From IMG/VR virus record IMGVR_UViG_3300037245_001637: a stretch of DNA of 64,000 bases; one strand, 5' to 3'. Positions within the stretch are counted from its first letter, which is position 1, and every line of letters starts with the position of its first letter. Shown here piece by piece: positions 9,322 through 19,925 of this stretch. Position numbers and translations under genes: made by a program. Under the pieces are notes generated by a model. That model was given only the letters and a program-made list of their open reading frames with translations. It ran no database searches and was not told where the DNA came from. This DNA is from an uncultured virus (IMG/VR IMGVR_UViG_3300037245_001637) (taxonomy: Duplodnaviria > Heunggongvirae > Uroviricota > Caudoviricetes).

Positions 9322-10401
9322 TTAAATCTTATATAAAGGGCAATGTCTACCCTTACTTAATAAATTATCTCTGAATTTATTAGTACTCTTTGCATTCCAA
9401 ACATCTTTTACAAAATCATTATCTTCTAAAACATTTATTACCTCTGGGAAATCTTTATGTCCTTCAGTAAAACTACAAGCAAAGTATTCCCCTCTAGCAT
9501 TTATATAGGAGGAGAAACAAGAACTCTCACAAGGTTCTGCCATTGTCTTAAAGTTGTTATAATTAGGGTGATCTTTAACAGCATCTAGAAATCTATGTGC
9601 TCCACAAGAATCAAACCCAAATCTAATCCCTCTATCTAGTGCATATTGTACAAGCTTTCTATACTGTTCTGTTGTTAATGTTTTAAAATCTTTTCCACCA
9701 CCTTTTTGTTTTAAAGACAGAAATACAATTGCATTCATTTTCTTAAGTCTGGAATCTCTTGACATGTCATCCATAATCTCAAATGCTTTAGCATAAGATT
9801 CTTGTGCACACATATAATGGATGTTGCATTGAGTCATTCCTGCATCTGTGTATTTCTTAATTGAATCATAAGATTTACTTTTATTATAAACAGATACAGC
9901 TACAGCTCCACATAACTCAGATGTTCTCTTAGCATATTCCTCTGTTACATCCAGTCCGTGACAAGTGTAATTTGGCTTAACTCCATTTTCAGAAGCATAT
10001 TCCATCATCTTAAAGAAGTCTGGGTTAGTTCCAATATTTAATATCCCAAAGGCAATCTGCCCAACAGTCTTAGGTAATTTATTAAATATAATTTTAAACT
10101 CTCCTAATGTCATATTGTATGTTGGGTATTTTCCATTAGACTTATAACAGAATCCACATTGGCCTCGGCAGCCCTCGTCATAAACTAATCTGTCTTTGTC
10201 ATATAGATGTTCTTCCTCGGGTCTAACTGATGTAGATATCTCTAAATCTAAAATCTCTGGCCCAAAAGGAGAATAATCAGGATCATCATCTAATGTCCTC
10301 CCCCATCTTTCAAATTCTCCTGTTTTCTTATCTAAATTAAAATTATAATTTTCTGATCTAAATTGTTTTTCATCTTTTGTTTCTTGTATTAGTCCTTTCA
10401 T
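9322..10401 (-). CDS. Radical SAM enzyme with Twitch/SPASM-type C-terminus
   Basis: CRGQCGFC (CxxxCxxC); C-terminal PCESSCFSSYINARGEYFACSF...W...FR...RHCP. Confidence 0.9.
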   Translation of the reverse strand: MKGLIQETKDEKQFRSENYNFNLDKKTGEFERWGRTLDDDPDYSPFGPEILDLEISTSVRPEEEHLYDKDRLVYDEGCRGQCGFCYKSNGKYPTYNMTLGEFKIIFNKLPKTVGQIAFGILNIGTNPDFFKMMEYASENGVKPNYTCHGLDVTEEYAKRTSELCGAVAVSVYNKSKSYDSIKKYTDAGMTQCNIHYMCAQESYAKAFEIMDDMSRDSRLKKMNAIVFLSLKQKGGGKDFKTLTTEQYRKLVQYALDRGIRFGFDSCGAHRFLDAVKDHPNYNNFKTMAEPCESSCFSSYINARGEYFACSFTEGHKDFPEVINVLEDNDFVKDVWNAKSTNKFRDNLLSKGRHCPLYKI

Positions 10402-10403
10402 AT

Positions 10404-11436
10404 TTAATCTTCTCCTTCCTCTCTTATCAATTTATTTCTTTTCTTATTAGCTTCAATTACTTCTGCTTTGTGTCTACTAACATAAGTCTCAACTACTCTT
10501 CTCCATGCTTCTCCTGTTAACTTCTTAGCCGTATTACCCAAATCATCTAACTCTGCATAGTAAATATTATATCTTGATGGTTTATTTAATATCACATCTT
10601 TTATATGAGGTAAACTTCCATAATAACCTTTATACACTTGAATAGATCGCTCTAATAACTCATCCATTATTGAATCTAAATCTGTTAAAACATGAGCTGT
10701 TGTTATTTTAAAGGCAGTTCTTCCACCTTGATCGCCTACTAGGTATATTATCATTTCTGTCTCCTCTCTATCTCATCTATATCATCAAATTGCTGTATTT
10801 TTTCACTATGTAAATCCTCAGATAGACTATTGTAGTTTTTTACTACCTGTGCTAATTCTTCTCTAAGTCTGTCTTCTAAGTCTCGTAGTTGTTTCATATA
10901 GTATATTCTACACTCTTTTTCTGTTGTGAAAATCTGTAATGATACTCCTGCATATCTTCTATAGCCTGTCCCATCATAAGGTGCTATAATATTAGATTTA
11001 ACAGGTTCCCCTTTTTTATTTAGTCTCTTAAAATGATAGTAGCTATATAATACTTTTTTAGTAGTATTGCAATTACCATCACACATGACTTTAGTAGGTT
11101 CTATATGTCTTGCTGGTTTACTTACCATATCATTTTCAAATCTATAATCACATACCCAAACTATTTCATTTTGCATCTGAGCATGTATATATTCGTTATA
11201 TGTCATCTGTACTCCTTGCCTTAAACACAACAGTAACATAGGGCTAAAGGCTTTAGATTGGGCTCTAACACATCTTTAATTTTTAACTTCCATCCATCAG
11301 CTCTTGCTCCTTCAACCATTTGAGTGAACTCCTCTGTTAAGAATGTATATTTGTCATTATGAATACCTTTTTCATAATACTGTTCTCCACACTCATCACA
11401 CTCTATGTAATATTCTCTTCCACTTTTTTCAATCAT
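10404..11436 (-). other. Three hypothetical CDSs (10404-10754, 10751-~11206, 11221-11436)
   Basis: Packed minus-strand ORFs with RBS. Confidence 0.65.
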
Positions 11437-11468
11437 CTAAATCTCCTTTTTAAAACAGTATACCACAC

Positions 11469-12785
11469 TTATGCAAATAAAGCAAGCATTATTTCTTGTT
11501 TCGTTAATAATTCACTCTCTAATTGTAAATCAAAAGCTTTTTTAAGTAAGATCTTAAATGATACTCCTGGCTCCATGCCTTTATCAATCAAATCTCTCCC
11601 TGTAACTAAAGGTTTAACTAGTGGTCCATCTGGACATCTATCTGATTTCTCAAACTCTCTTAACCATGTGTGCCAAGTAATATCCCCCTTAGCTCCCATA
11701 GAATCTGAGCAGGATACTTCAAGTAAGTTCTCATAGTATTCATTCTTTACTAACTTAATAACCTTAGACTTCTTCATCTTAGGTGATTCTTTAATTCTCA
11801 TATGGTTTTTGACTATATAACAAACCTCTTCTATGAACTTATTACTACATTTTAAATCTCTTAATAACTCTTCAGCCATAATAGCTCCTGTGGCATCGTG
11901 CCCATGACTAGTAATTTTACCATCTTCTGCTATCTTTGTATCCTTTACTTTTCCGAGGTCGTGAAGTAAGGTGGACCATACTGTAACAGGAGTTTTAACA
12001 CGTAGACTCTTTAGGGCATAGAAGGTGTGAATTCCCACATTACCTTCACTGTGATGTAAAGGAGGTTGTCTTACATTTACCATTTCATATAAATCAGGAA
12101 GTATTTCTTTTAAAGCATACAACACGTCTTTAAAATCCCCATAGTTCCATGTATTAAGATTCATAAGTATTTTAGTCATTTCTTCAAATATTCTTTCTTT
12201 AGATACTCTCTTTAATAAATAACCTTTGTCTCCAGTTAAATCATAATCTTCCCAATTTAAATTCATGTGAGCATACTTAATCCCAAATCTAAAAAACCTT
12301 AATAGTCTAACTGGATCTTCCTCTAATCTTATATTCATATCTCCAACAAATCTAATTACACCCTCTTTAATATCATGTCTCCCATTTTGTGGATCATAAT
12401 ACTTATCAGCTATAGGATCATAGTATATTGAATTTATGCTTAAGTCCCGTTTGAAAGAGTCTTTACTAATTAACTCTTCTAATGTATGTGTTTTTGGATC
12501 AAGTAATTCTACTTTGAACTCTTTACTGTTATAGTCGTCTTCTCGGAAGGTACATATCTCGTAATCCTTATTTACCACGATTACTCCAAAGGCTTTTCCT
12601 TTTGGGAATGTATCTTCAAATAACGCTTCTACTTGATCTGGAGTCGCACTAGTGACTAAATCTATATCCTTAGGTTTTACTCCAATAAAAACATCCCTAT
12701 TATATCCTCCGACTATAAGAGCATAATGTCCTGCCCCTTGTAAGGTTTTTATTATCTTTGTTGCTTCTTGTAGTTCTTTAGTCAT
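11469..12785 (-). CDS. cca: CCA-adding tRNA nucleotidyltransferase (class II) with HD domain
   Basis: VGGYNRD, DIDL, RDLSINSI, EDPVRLLRFFRF, SKERIFEE, HHSEG, LLHDLGK, GRDL..GMEPG. Confidence 0.88.
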   Translation of the reverse strand: MTKELQEATKIIKTLQGAGHYALIVGGYNRDVFIGVKPKDIDLVTSATPDQVEALFEDTFPKGKAFGVIVVNKDYEICTFREDDYNSKEFKVELLDPKTHTLEELISKDSFKRDLSINSIYYDPIADKYYDPQNGRHDIKEGVIRFVGDMNIRLEEDPVRLLRFFRFGIKYAHMNLNWEDYDLTGDKGYLLKRVSKERIFEEMTKILMNLNTWNYGDFKDVLYALKEILPDLYEMVNVRQPPLHHSEGNVGIHTFYALKSLRVKTPVTVWSTLLHDLGKVKDTKIAEDGKITSHGHDATGAIMAEELLRDLKCSNKFIEEVCYIVKNHMRIKESPKMKKSKVIKLVKNEYYENLLEVSCSDSMGAKGDITWHTWLREFEKSDRCPDGPLVKPLVTGRDLIDKGMEPGVSFKILLKKAFDLQLESELLTKQEIMLALFA

Positions 12786-13735
12786 TCATTCTCCTCTTTA
12801 ATATGCTTTAAATAAACCCTGTGCTGAAACTTATCAATCCACTTAAAATCTGGCTTATCTCTTAATGTAGTTTTATCTGCTGCTTCTTCACATAGTTTAT
12901 AGTACTCTTGATATAATGTCAATAGCTCTTCATAAGAGACTTCTTCATTTCTAACTCTCATAATATCTGTGTGTGCTTTACCTGAAATAGGGAATGTTAG
13001 TTTACCTGTTTCTAATAATTCTCTTCCTTCATGTAAAAGTCTCAATAAATGTTGCCCAAACTTGCAATCATAAAGAAGTTTTTTGAATGAATCAGATTTC
13101 AATCTATACCCATATTTATCATATTCTGCAATTAACTTCTCATACACAACTTTTAAATTGTGTCCTTTGGTGAAGGAATTGCAGTTGTCCTTACTTGATT
13201 TATAATACTTCATTGTTTCGTTTAATAAAGAAGCTGTTACCTCATCTAATAATACTTTCTTATCTGTTTGATCCCATGAAGAGTTTTCAATAAGTTTAAT
13301 CCCCTTTTGTAAATTTAAAAATCTTTCTCTCTTAGTCATTAATTTCTTCTTCTGTGCCATAGCATAGCCTGAGAAACTTTTCCAAACACGCTTTGTAATG
13401 ATTTTATCAGCATTATCTCGTAACTCTTTCATAATCTCTGAATCCTGTAACAAAGCATCTTCTGATGGATATAAGTACTCTAGTAGCGTAGGATTATTCT
13501 GACTTAGTAAGTACAAGAAGTTATCTAAAGCCATGTATTTCTCATCTATATCATCTTTGGTATTCTTTGTATTTGATTTATTAGTAGATAAATCCAACTC
13601 TTTTATTTTATGTATCCCTAATAATTGTTTACTTGTTGGTAAAAACACTCCTCCGTAATCTGTATCTGATTCAGGTGTGCTTGTCCCATATAATTGCGAC
13701 CCTACTTTTAATTTGTAAATAACCTTTTCTTTCAT
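12782..13735 (-). CDS. Pol-beta-superfamily nucleotidyltransferase (RlaP/YcgL-like)
   Basis: VGSQLYGTSTPESDTDYGGVF, NPTLLE, FSGYA..Q, YDCKFGQHLLRLL. Confidence 0.85.
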   Translation of the reverse strand: MKEKVIYKLKVGSQLYGTSTPESDTDYGGVFLPTSKQLLGIHKIKELDLSTNKSNTKNTKDDIDEKYMALDNFLYLLSQNNPTLLEYLYPSEDALLQDSEIMKELRDNADKIITKRVWKSFSGYAMAQKKKLMTKRERFLNLQKGIKLIENSSWDQTDKKVLLDEVTASLLNETMKYYKSSKDNCNSFTKGHNLKVVYEKLIAEYDKYGYRLKSDSFKKLLYDCKFGQHLLRLLHEGRELLETGKLTFPISGKAHTDIMRVRNEEVSYEELLTLYQEYYKLCEEAADKTTLRDKPDFKWIDKFQHRVYLKHIKEENE

Positions 13736-13910
13736 ATTTTATTTCTCCTTTATCCTACGACACCTTTATAATATTCAATGTCTGTCTGCATAGCTATAAC
13801 CATCTCTTCTAGATCATCGTGATCTTTAAGAAGTTCTCTTAGATAATAATCAAAATTATCATCTGATATATAATCTGTTCCTCTTAACTTACTTTTTATG
13901 TCTTGTATGT

Positions 13911-14219
13911 TCATCCTATTTCCCTCATAAGTCTATCTATACGGCTTACCTTATATTTGTATTGTCTTCTCATATTGCCTTTAATAAGTATTCTTAATTT
14001 AGCATACTCTCTTATTTTGAGCTTACTTATTAGGAGACTTTCCCCAGATTTATTAAATCCTTTATTTAGTTTTAAATAATTAGTTCTTATTCTCCACTCT
14101 TCTCCTATATGACACAAAGACATTATGTAAAAATACCGTTTTTTATTTATATCAGGAAAGTTTCTTATACTTCTACTAAATTCTCCTCGTAGGTTTCTTT
14201 TTATTTTATGTTTGGTCAT
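13911..14219 (-). CDS. Hypothetical basic protein
   Basis: 102-aa ORF abutting the upstream gene. Confidence 0.6.
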   Translation of the reverse strand: MTKHKIKRNLRGEFSRSIRNFPDINKKRYFYIMSLCHIGEEWRIRTNYLKLNKGFNKSGESLLISKLKIREYAKLRILIKGNMRRQYKYKVSRIDRLMREIG

Positions 14220-14483
14220 TTATTTGTCCTCGTCAGTTTTTCTAGGTGTCCAGTTCTTAATTATAGTTTCAATAAAACTAGCATCTGTTATAGTTGGTAG
14301 TTCATATCCTTTTTCTTTGTATACTTTAAGAGCCTCTTCTTCCATTTTCACTAACTCTTCTTCACATTTCTTTTTAGATCTCTGCATAGATAAACATCCT
14401 GGTAATTCAGGAATATATCCAACCCACCTAATGTATGCTCCTCGCTCTTCTGGTATTCTTGCTATTACATGTATGTATTTCAT
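14220..14483 (-). CDS. HicB-family antitoxin-like protein
   Basis: YIPELPGCLS..S....EEL..EEAL....GYELP partial RNase H fold signature. Confidence 0.75.
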   Translation of the reverse strand: MKYIHVIARIPEERGAYIRWVGYIPELPGCLSMQRSKKKCEEELVKMEEEALKVYKEKGYELPTITDASFIETIIKNWTPRKTDEDK

Positions 14484-14508
14484 AATTTATATCCTCTCTT
14501 TAAAACAA

Positions 14509-14537
14509 AGTATAAACAAAAAAGAGAAGCCTGTCAA
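14509..14537 (-). promoter_or_regulatory. Sigma70-type promoter TTGACA-N17-TATACT
   Basis: Near-consensus boxes upstream of the HicB-like gene. Confidence 0.75.
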
Positions 14538-14557
14538 GCCCTCCCTTATACTATCTG

Positions 14558-15226
14558 CTATTTAAAAAATCTTTTTAAAGCCTCTGATTGATATGTTAGT
14601 GCATCAATCTCCCTTATTGGATCGTTTTTCTCTCCAAATCTGGCTATAGTCTTTAAGCTGTGAAATAACAAACAAGAACCTTTATCCTTCTCAGACAATT
14701 TCCACTGACTAGCAATAAACCACGGATCCAAAACAATCTCCCCCTTTTTAATATCCTCAGGAGTCAATGTATATTTAAAATCGTAATGTTTTTTTGTCCA
14801 GTCTGATTTCTTACCTTCTCCTAACCTATCTTTACATATAGAGGATACTGAGAAATCTACTTCTTCCTCTTCTTCTTGTATAGGGGCGTTTTCTGCTTTC
14901 ATTTCTCTATGATCGCTTTGAACTGTAAAAGGAGGTTTAGTAAACTCCTCTATCCCTGTTTTATCCTTGTCCCAAGCTCCATCTATTCCTTTGAAATCTT
15001 CTAAGGGTTCTAACCATTCTTCCATAAAACTATAATAAGGTGACTCTTCCATTATAAAATCATACTCTATGTTTTCTTCTATTACTATTAATTCTTTATC
15101 ACAGTATGTAAACATGTTTTCTAGGAAAGTAATATCTTCAATTGACCAATCCCCCTTATATACACTATACCCTTTATCGTCAAACAACGCTAGTAATTCT
15201 TCTTCACTCTTAACTTTTCTTTTCAT
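14558..15226 (-). CDS. Hypothetical phage protein
   Basis: 222-aa ORF with AGGAG RBS. Confidence 0.65.
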   Translation of the reverse strand: MKRKVKSEEELLALFDDKGYSVYKGDWSIEDITFLENMFTYCDKELIVIEENIEYDFIMEESPYYSFMEEWLEPLEDFKGIDGAWDKDKTGIEEFTKPPFTVQSDHREMKAENAPIQEEEEEVDFSVSSICKDRLGEGKKSDWTKKHYDFKYTLTPEDIKKGEIVLDPWFIASQWKLSEKDKGSCLLFHSLKTIARFGEKNDPIREIDALTYQSEALKRFFK

Positions 15227-15322
15227 TTTCTTTATTTCTCCTAAACAATTCTATAAACCATACAAAACCCTTGATAGGTTTAGCTAATTTCCATGGTTGG
15301 CTGTCTATTGGGACTGAGCCTT

Positions 15323-15919
15323 TCATTTTTTATACTCATTTAAAAAATAATCATTGTATACTTTGTATCTTTTTTTAAGATCTATAAAATCCTCTCTATC
15401 CATATCCTTAACTATATCTACACAATAAGTACATTTACTAAACACCTCAGGGCATCCTCCTCGATATACTCCATTGGGAACTAATACATCTGCTAACTCT
15501 GGCTCTGTTAAACCTATAGTAACTTTAAGATCCTCCATTAACTCTCTTGTTTCCTTAGAAGAGCAATAGCATAATCTTTTCCTCGCTGTATCTATTAAAT
15601 GTTGGGCATTAGCTTCTCCATCGAAATTTACAGGATAATTCTGGGATAATTCTCCTCTGTCTATTCCTGTTCTATCTGATCTAGCTGTTGTAATAAAGCA
15701 TTCCCACTTAGCTCTAGAAAAATGAGTAGCGATCCATGATTTAATTTCTTTCCATAACCACCTAACTTTAATCAATCTAATGGGGGAGTGCTCTGATATT
15801 AAAATATCTTCCTTAAATTTAGTAGAAGCCTCATTTTCTGTATGGGCTTTTCCTACGGTTGTTCTTGAAGTGTTTTTAACATCTCTCCAGTCATCTTCTA
15901 TTTTTACTATTTTTGTCAA
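15323..15919 (-). CDS. thyX: Flavin-dependent thymidylate synthase (TTG start)
   Basis: SEHSPIR, ATHFSR, TARSDR, RKRLCYCSSKETR, VPNGVYRGGCPE. Confidence 0.8.
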   Translation of the reverse strand: MTKIVKIEDDWRDVKNTSRTTVGKAHTENEASTKFKEDILISEHSPIRLIKVRWLWKEIKSWIATHFSRAKWECFITTARSDRTGIDRGELSQNYPVNFDGEANAQHLIDTARKRLCYCSSKETRELMEDLKVTIGLTEPELADVLVPNGVYRGGCPEVFSKCTYCVDIVKDMDREDFIDLKKRYKVYNDYFLNEYKK

Positions 15920-15948
15920 TTATTAACTCTCCTTTGTTTTAAATGCCT

Positions 15949-16218
15949 TTAATCTCTACCATCTTCTAATAATCCCTCCACTAGATCATCATACTCTGTA
16001 TTCAACTCTAAAAGCCAGAGAGCAAACTTATCCGTTGTGTCTTCTCTGTAGTCATCCATGTTTGGTACTTTCCCTGTATTTAGGAAATAGTCTAGCAGCA
16101 TAATTTGTTCATCAAGTTCTGCATAGTTATCCGTATCCAGTTTTGATATCCTCGGTAAAATCTCTCTTTGTTCTTCACAGTGGTCTAGTAATACTTTTAC
16201 ACTTCTTCTATTTTTCAT
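15949..16218 (-). CDS. Hypothetical protein
   Basis: AAGGAG RBS. Confidence 0.65.
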   Translation of the reverse strand: MKNRRSVKVLLDHCEEQREILPRISKLDTDNYAELDEQIMLLDYFLNTGKVPNMDDYREDTTDKFALWLLELNTEYDDLVEGLLEDGRD

Positions 16219-16243
16219 TTTGTTTCTCCTTTTATTTTAATGT

Positions 16244-17035
16244 TTAAGCGTCTCCTGAACGGGATTTCCATCGATTTTTTACTGCTTTAGCATACTGATA
16301 TGTTATCGCAGGCACAGTTCCATTGATTACTCTACCTGCTCCCGCATTATAAGCTAAGGAAGCTATTTCGTAATCACCAAACCTCCTATACAAATACCCA
16401 TAAAAGGCTACTCCGACTTGTATATTTGACACATCATCATTTGCATCAAAATTATCTGGATCTCTTATGTAGCCTAAACTAGCTATTAACTCTGGGTTGT
16501 AAAATCTCTCCTCTTGCTCTGCTCTGTATTTTGAATAAGAAGTTAGTTGAAAGAACCCGTCATCCCAACATTTCTCTCCATCTATGGGGTTATAGTATGC
16601 CCTTTCTTCAGTTCTATTTTTATAATTTGGGTGGTTTCCTGAGAAACTCTCAATTTGTCCTAGTGCCATAGCATCCATTACAGAGACATTTTGCAATTCA
16701 CATATCTGCCGAAAATAATCACGTAGTTCATGAGGAAAGTTAAATTTATCAAACAACCTTTCGATTTCATCATCATACTTTACATAATAGCTCCCTTCAT
16801 AACCTCTACCTAACCTCATAGAAACATAAGGAGATATCTCTTCAATTACCCACTCAAATTTATCTTCTTCCAACTCTAAAAAATCCTCGACTATAGGATT
16901 GTTACTAGAAAAGGTTAGCTCTATTCTTTCTTGTTCTTCATGGACAATACTCATCTTCTTATCTGCTGAAACAAACAACATAGCTATAAAAATTAAAACA
17001 ATAGCTGTTATAGATCTCTTGTGCTTAATATACAT
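16244..17035 (-). CDS. Lytic transglycosylase (SLT domain) with N-terminal signal or anchor
   Basis: QIES catalytic Glu, DGFFQL, AYNAGAGRV; hydrophobic N-terminus. Confidence 0.85.
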   Translation of the reverse strand: MYIKHKRSITAIVLIFIAMLFVSADKKMSIVHEEQERIELTFSSNNPIVEDFLELEEDKFEWVIEEISPYVSMRLGRGYEGSYYVKYDDEIERLFDKFNFPHELRDYFRQICELQNVSVMDAMALGQIESFSGNHPNYKNRTEERAYYNPIDGEKCWDDGFFQLTSYSKYRAEQEERFYNPELIASLGYIRDPDNFDANDDVSNIQVGVAFYGYLYRRFGDYEIASLAYNAGAGRVINGTVPAITYQYAKAVKNRWKSRSGDA

Positions 17036-17072
17036 TTAAACTCCTTTTATTAAATCTACTTTACTATAATCC

Positions 17073-18646
17073 TTAAACAATGTCAAGCCAATCTCGATGA
17101 TAATAACACATACCTTTCTCTATAAAGATATCTCCATCTTCGTCTACCTCTGTAATAAGAGCTTCTCTATTATAATCCTCCATATAACAATAAGGGAAGA
17201 CGATTAAACCATTATCTTTATGGTTGTATCTCCCGTTATCTTCTACTAAAGTATGTATAATATCCTCCCACTTCTTAAGTTTTACTATTTTACCTTTTTC
17301 AAGATCCATAATTTTCGCTTCTCCTTATGCTTCGATCTTCTTAAAACTCTTATTTTTGTCTTAAGCCATTTACTATCTGTTCTCTTATACGATGCTATTA
17401 GTCTTTTCTCTTTATCTTTTCTATATTTTCTTTGTGTAATATAAAATGTCAACAACAGAGAAGGCAATACTTATGATCATTCTAAATTCTCCTTGTGTTT
17501 AGTAATTAGATATTCTCTATAAATATGAGCTGTTGCCTCTTTATCCTCTGACCAGTATAGTTTTGTAGCTACCTTTACCTGCTCCATTTCTTTCCAAGTA
17601 AGCTTCTTTACTACTAAACTCTTCTTTTCTCTGACAATCCACCAATTCTTAGATATTACTGTTGTTTTCATAAGGTGTACTCTAGGATTCCTTGAAATGT
17701 TAATCCTAGTAATATTGCTAATATCATATATGTTTTGTAGTGCTGTTTCATTTTAGTTCCTCTATAATCTCTATATATCTTTTATCATTTACTTGTTTAT
17801 CTTCTAGTAGGGTATTTAATTCATTTCTTAATGATTCTTCTTGCATTACCTCTGCTAAGATTGGGTATTCTGTTTTTAGATTGGATAGTGTTATTTTATA
17901 TTCATTGAAACTAAAAGAAGCTACCACTAAAAATGCACACCCTATAATAGCTACTGTAGCTATTGTCTTTTCAGATTTAGTATCTGCTACAGTTACTCCC
18001 AGTACTGTTACAATAATAAAAACTATACTAATAAAAATTAACCATCCTGTCATATTTATATTCTCCTCTCTTCTTAATTACTATATATTAACACACTTTA
18101 TTCAATCTGTCAACACTTTTCTTCCCATTGGTACTTCTTTTTCTGTAATTTCCATGACGATCCAGAATTACTCATTTGTCCTGCATCCCAATCAAAAACT
18201 CTCTGCCTCATAGCCACATCTCTTTTATTTAAAGGGATTATATCTTTATCTCCAAGGAGAGTAGCTAGTACGTTCTTGTAAGATCTATATCCTCTCATTC
18301 CAGAATCAGCTCTTTTCTTATTCGTACCTCTCTTAATCGCTCTGTAAGGGTTCGGATATGTTCTTTGATAGACAAGTACATCTTTTGCTATTTGCTCTGC
18401 TGACACCACCCTGAGTAAGGAATCTAGAAGCATATAAGGCTTAGTTGTTAGCTCCCTAATATATGAATTATATAGGTATGTTACTCCTTGTTTTTTATCA
18501 TTTACATTATGAGCTAAATCAGTTAGATCAGCATTTTTAAAGTACCAAAGGACATGTTGGTAGTCATAGAAATATCCATCATATTCTCCTTTTCTTATGT
18601 CATATAAGTGATACCTCTTTTGTTCTAGTTTTGCTATGTTGTACAT
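17073..18646 (-). other. Small hypothetical CDSs (17073-17309, 17477-17671, 17748-18053 membrane protein, 18110-18646)
   Basis: Packed minus-strand ORFs; two hydrophobic helices in 17748-18053. Confidence 0.6.
18085..18113 (-). promoter_or_regulatory. Sigma70-type promoter TTGACA-N17-TAATAT
   Basis: Boxes read directly from the sequence. Confidence 0.6.
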
Positions 18647-18737
18647 TATTCTCTCCTTTTTATTATAAACAATACATTATAACTATATTACGTGTCAACC
18701 CTTGTTTTTAAATAAATTTAAATAAGGGTTGTACTCA

Positions 18738-19736
18738 TTAAAGGGTTAACAAATCCTCTACCCCATGTACTCTTATTAACTCTTTATCTATTTTCCCTCC
18801 TTTTGATCTATTTGGGGAGGATGACCAGATACGCAAATTTCTATAATTCCACCAGTTATGTATCCATGCTTCGGCCTCTTGGTGTTTCCCTTCTTTTTTA
18901 GCCCTCTTTATTTTTGCTATAAAGTATTTTGATGGGATGATGTGATCACAATCAAATAGAATCTGTCCCTTCTCATTTTTGCTATAATCCCCTAGTGTGT
19001 ACTCTCCTAAATTTAAATGTTTTTGTAAAGCCTCTCTAGAGCATCCTATATATTTCATAATAGATGCAGTTTTTTGTACTCCTATTGTTTTTAGTTGCCT
19101 ATTTAAACTCTTGCCTAAATTGTTTTTAAGTCTGTGTAGAGGGTTGTTCTTTCTTCTAGCTTTCTCTTTTTCCCATTTTCTTAATTTGTTTTCTGGTTTT
19201 TGGGAATATTCCTTTCGGTATTTTCTTGAAGCTTCCTTATTTTCAGGTAAAGCATCGTACGCAGTTTTGTATTCCTTACGGTGTTTTTTATTTTCTGGAA
19301 GTTCTCTTGTCTGCTTTTGGGCTAGTTTAACTTCTGGCTTTTTATTATAGTTATCCCGCCATAGTTTTTCCGACAATATATTTTCTGGTTTTGCATGATA
19401 TTTTTTCATAGTCTCTTTATGCCTTTTTTTATTTTCAGGTAAATCCCTATACTTCTTTGTGCATTCTTTACACGTCCTAATAAACCCTGATTTTGTCTGT
19501 TTAGTTTTACCAAAAAACTCTGCTGTAAGTTCTTTAATTCCTTCACAAGTTCCACATTTTTGCATTCCTTGTGGAACTTGTTCCTTTATTACTGGGTGGT
19601 TTCTACAATCTTTACAAATACCAACAAATCCTGATTTTAACTTATTATTTCTATTAAAAAACTCTGCTGTGTGCTCTTTCACTGTTCCACACTGATTGCA
19701 TTTCTTCATTACTATTTGTTTTTCTTCTTGCTCCAA
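18738..19736 (-). CDS. HNH homing-type endonuclease with two N-terminal CxxC..CxxC zinc fingers and PENK helical repeats (TTG start)
   Basis: KKCNQC..EFF..SGF..CKDC twice; six YxxxPENK-like repeats; DCDHIIP..WWNYRNLRIW..PNRSKG. Confidence 0.8.
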   Translation of the reverse strand: MEQEEKQIVMKKCNQCGTVKEHTAEFFNRNNKLKSGFVGICKDCRNHPVIKEQVPQGMQKCGTCEGIKELTAEFFGKTKQTKSGFIRTCKECTKKYRDLPENKKRHKETMKKYHAKPENILSEKLWRDNYNKKPEVKLAQKQTRELPENKKHRKEYKTAYDALPENKEASRKYRKEYSQKPENKLRKWEKEKARRKNNPLHRLKNNLGKSLNRQLKTIGVQKTASIMKYIGCSREALQKHLNLGEYTLGDYSKNEKGQILFDCDHIIPSKYFIAKIKRAKKEGKHQEAEAWIHNWWNYRNLRIWSSSPNRSKGGKIDKELIRVHGVEDLLTL

Positions 19737-19764
19737 ATCTAATTATTCCTTAAAGGACTATACT

Positions 19765-19920
19765 AAAAAGACTTTAGTTCTAGGGATTAGTACGTTTTCC
19801 AAGACTAGCTACTAAATCTTATCAACATCCCTAGAACTAAAGTCTCTGTATATCCTTCAATCCTTTTCGATCTTTATAGCTAATGTATTTATTAAAGAAG
19901 TACTAATTCTTTATCTCTTA
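19765..19920 (-). ncRNA. Endonuclease-leader structured RNA, copy A (putative)
   Basis: Perfect 19-bp inverted repeat 19769-19787/19827-19845; inner aaga..tctt hairpin; pairings attagtac(19786-93)/gtactaat(19900-07) and tagcta(19806-11)/tagcta(19877-82), the latter extended by G-U pairs. Confidence 0.75.
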
Positions 19921-19925
19921 TATAC

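Noticed and set aside
18676..18698. Promoter TTGACA..TATAAT after HNH copy A
   Set aside because: The spacer is only 11 nt, so it cannot be supported as a canonical promoter
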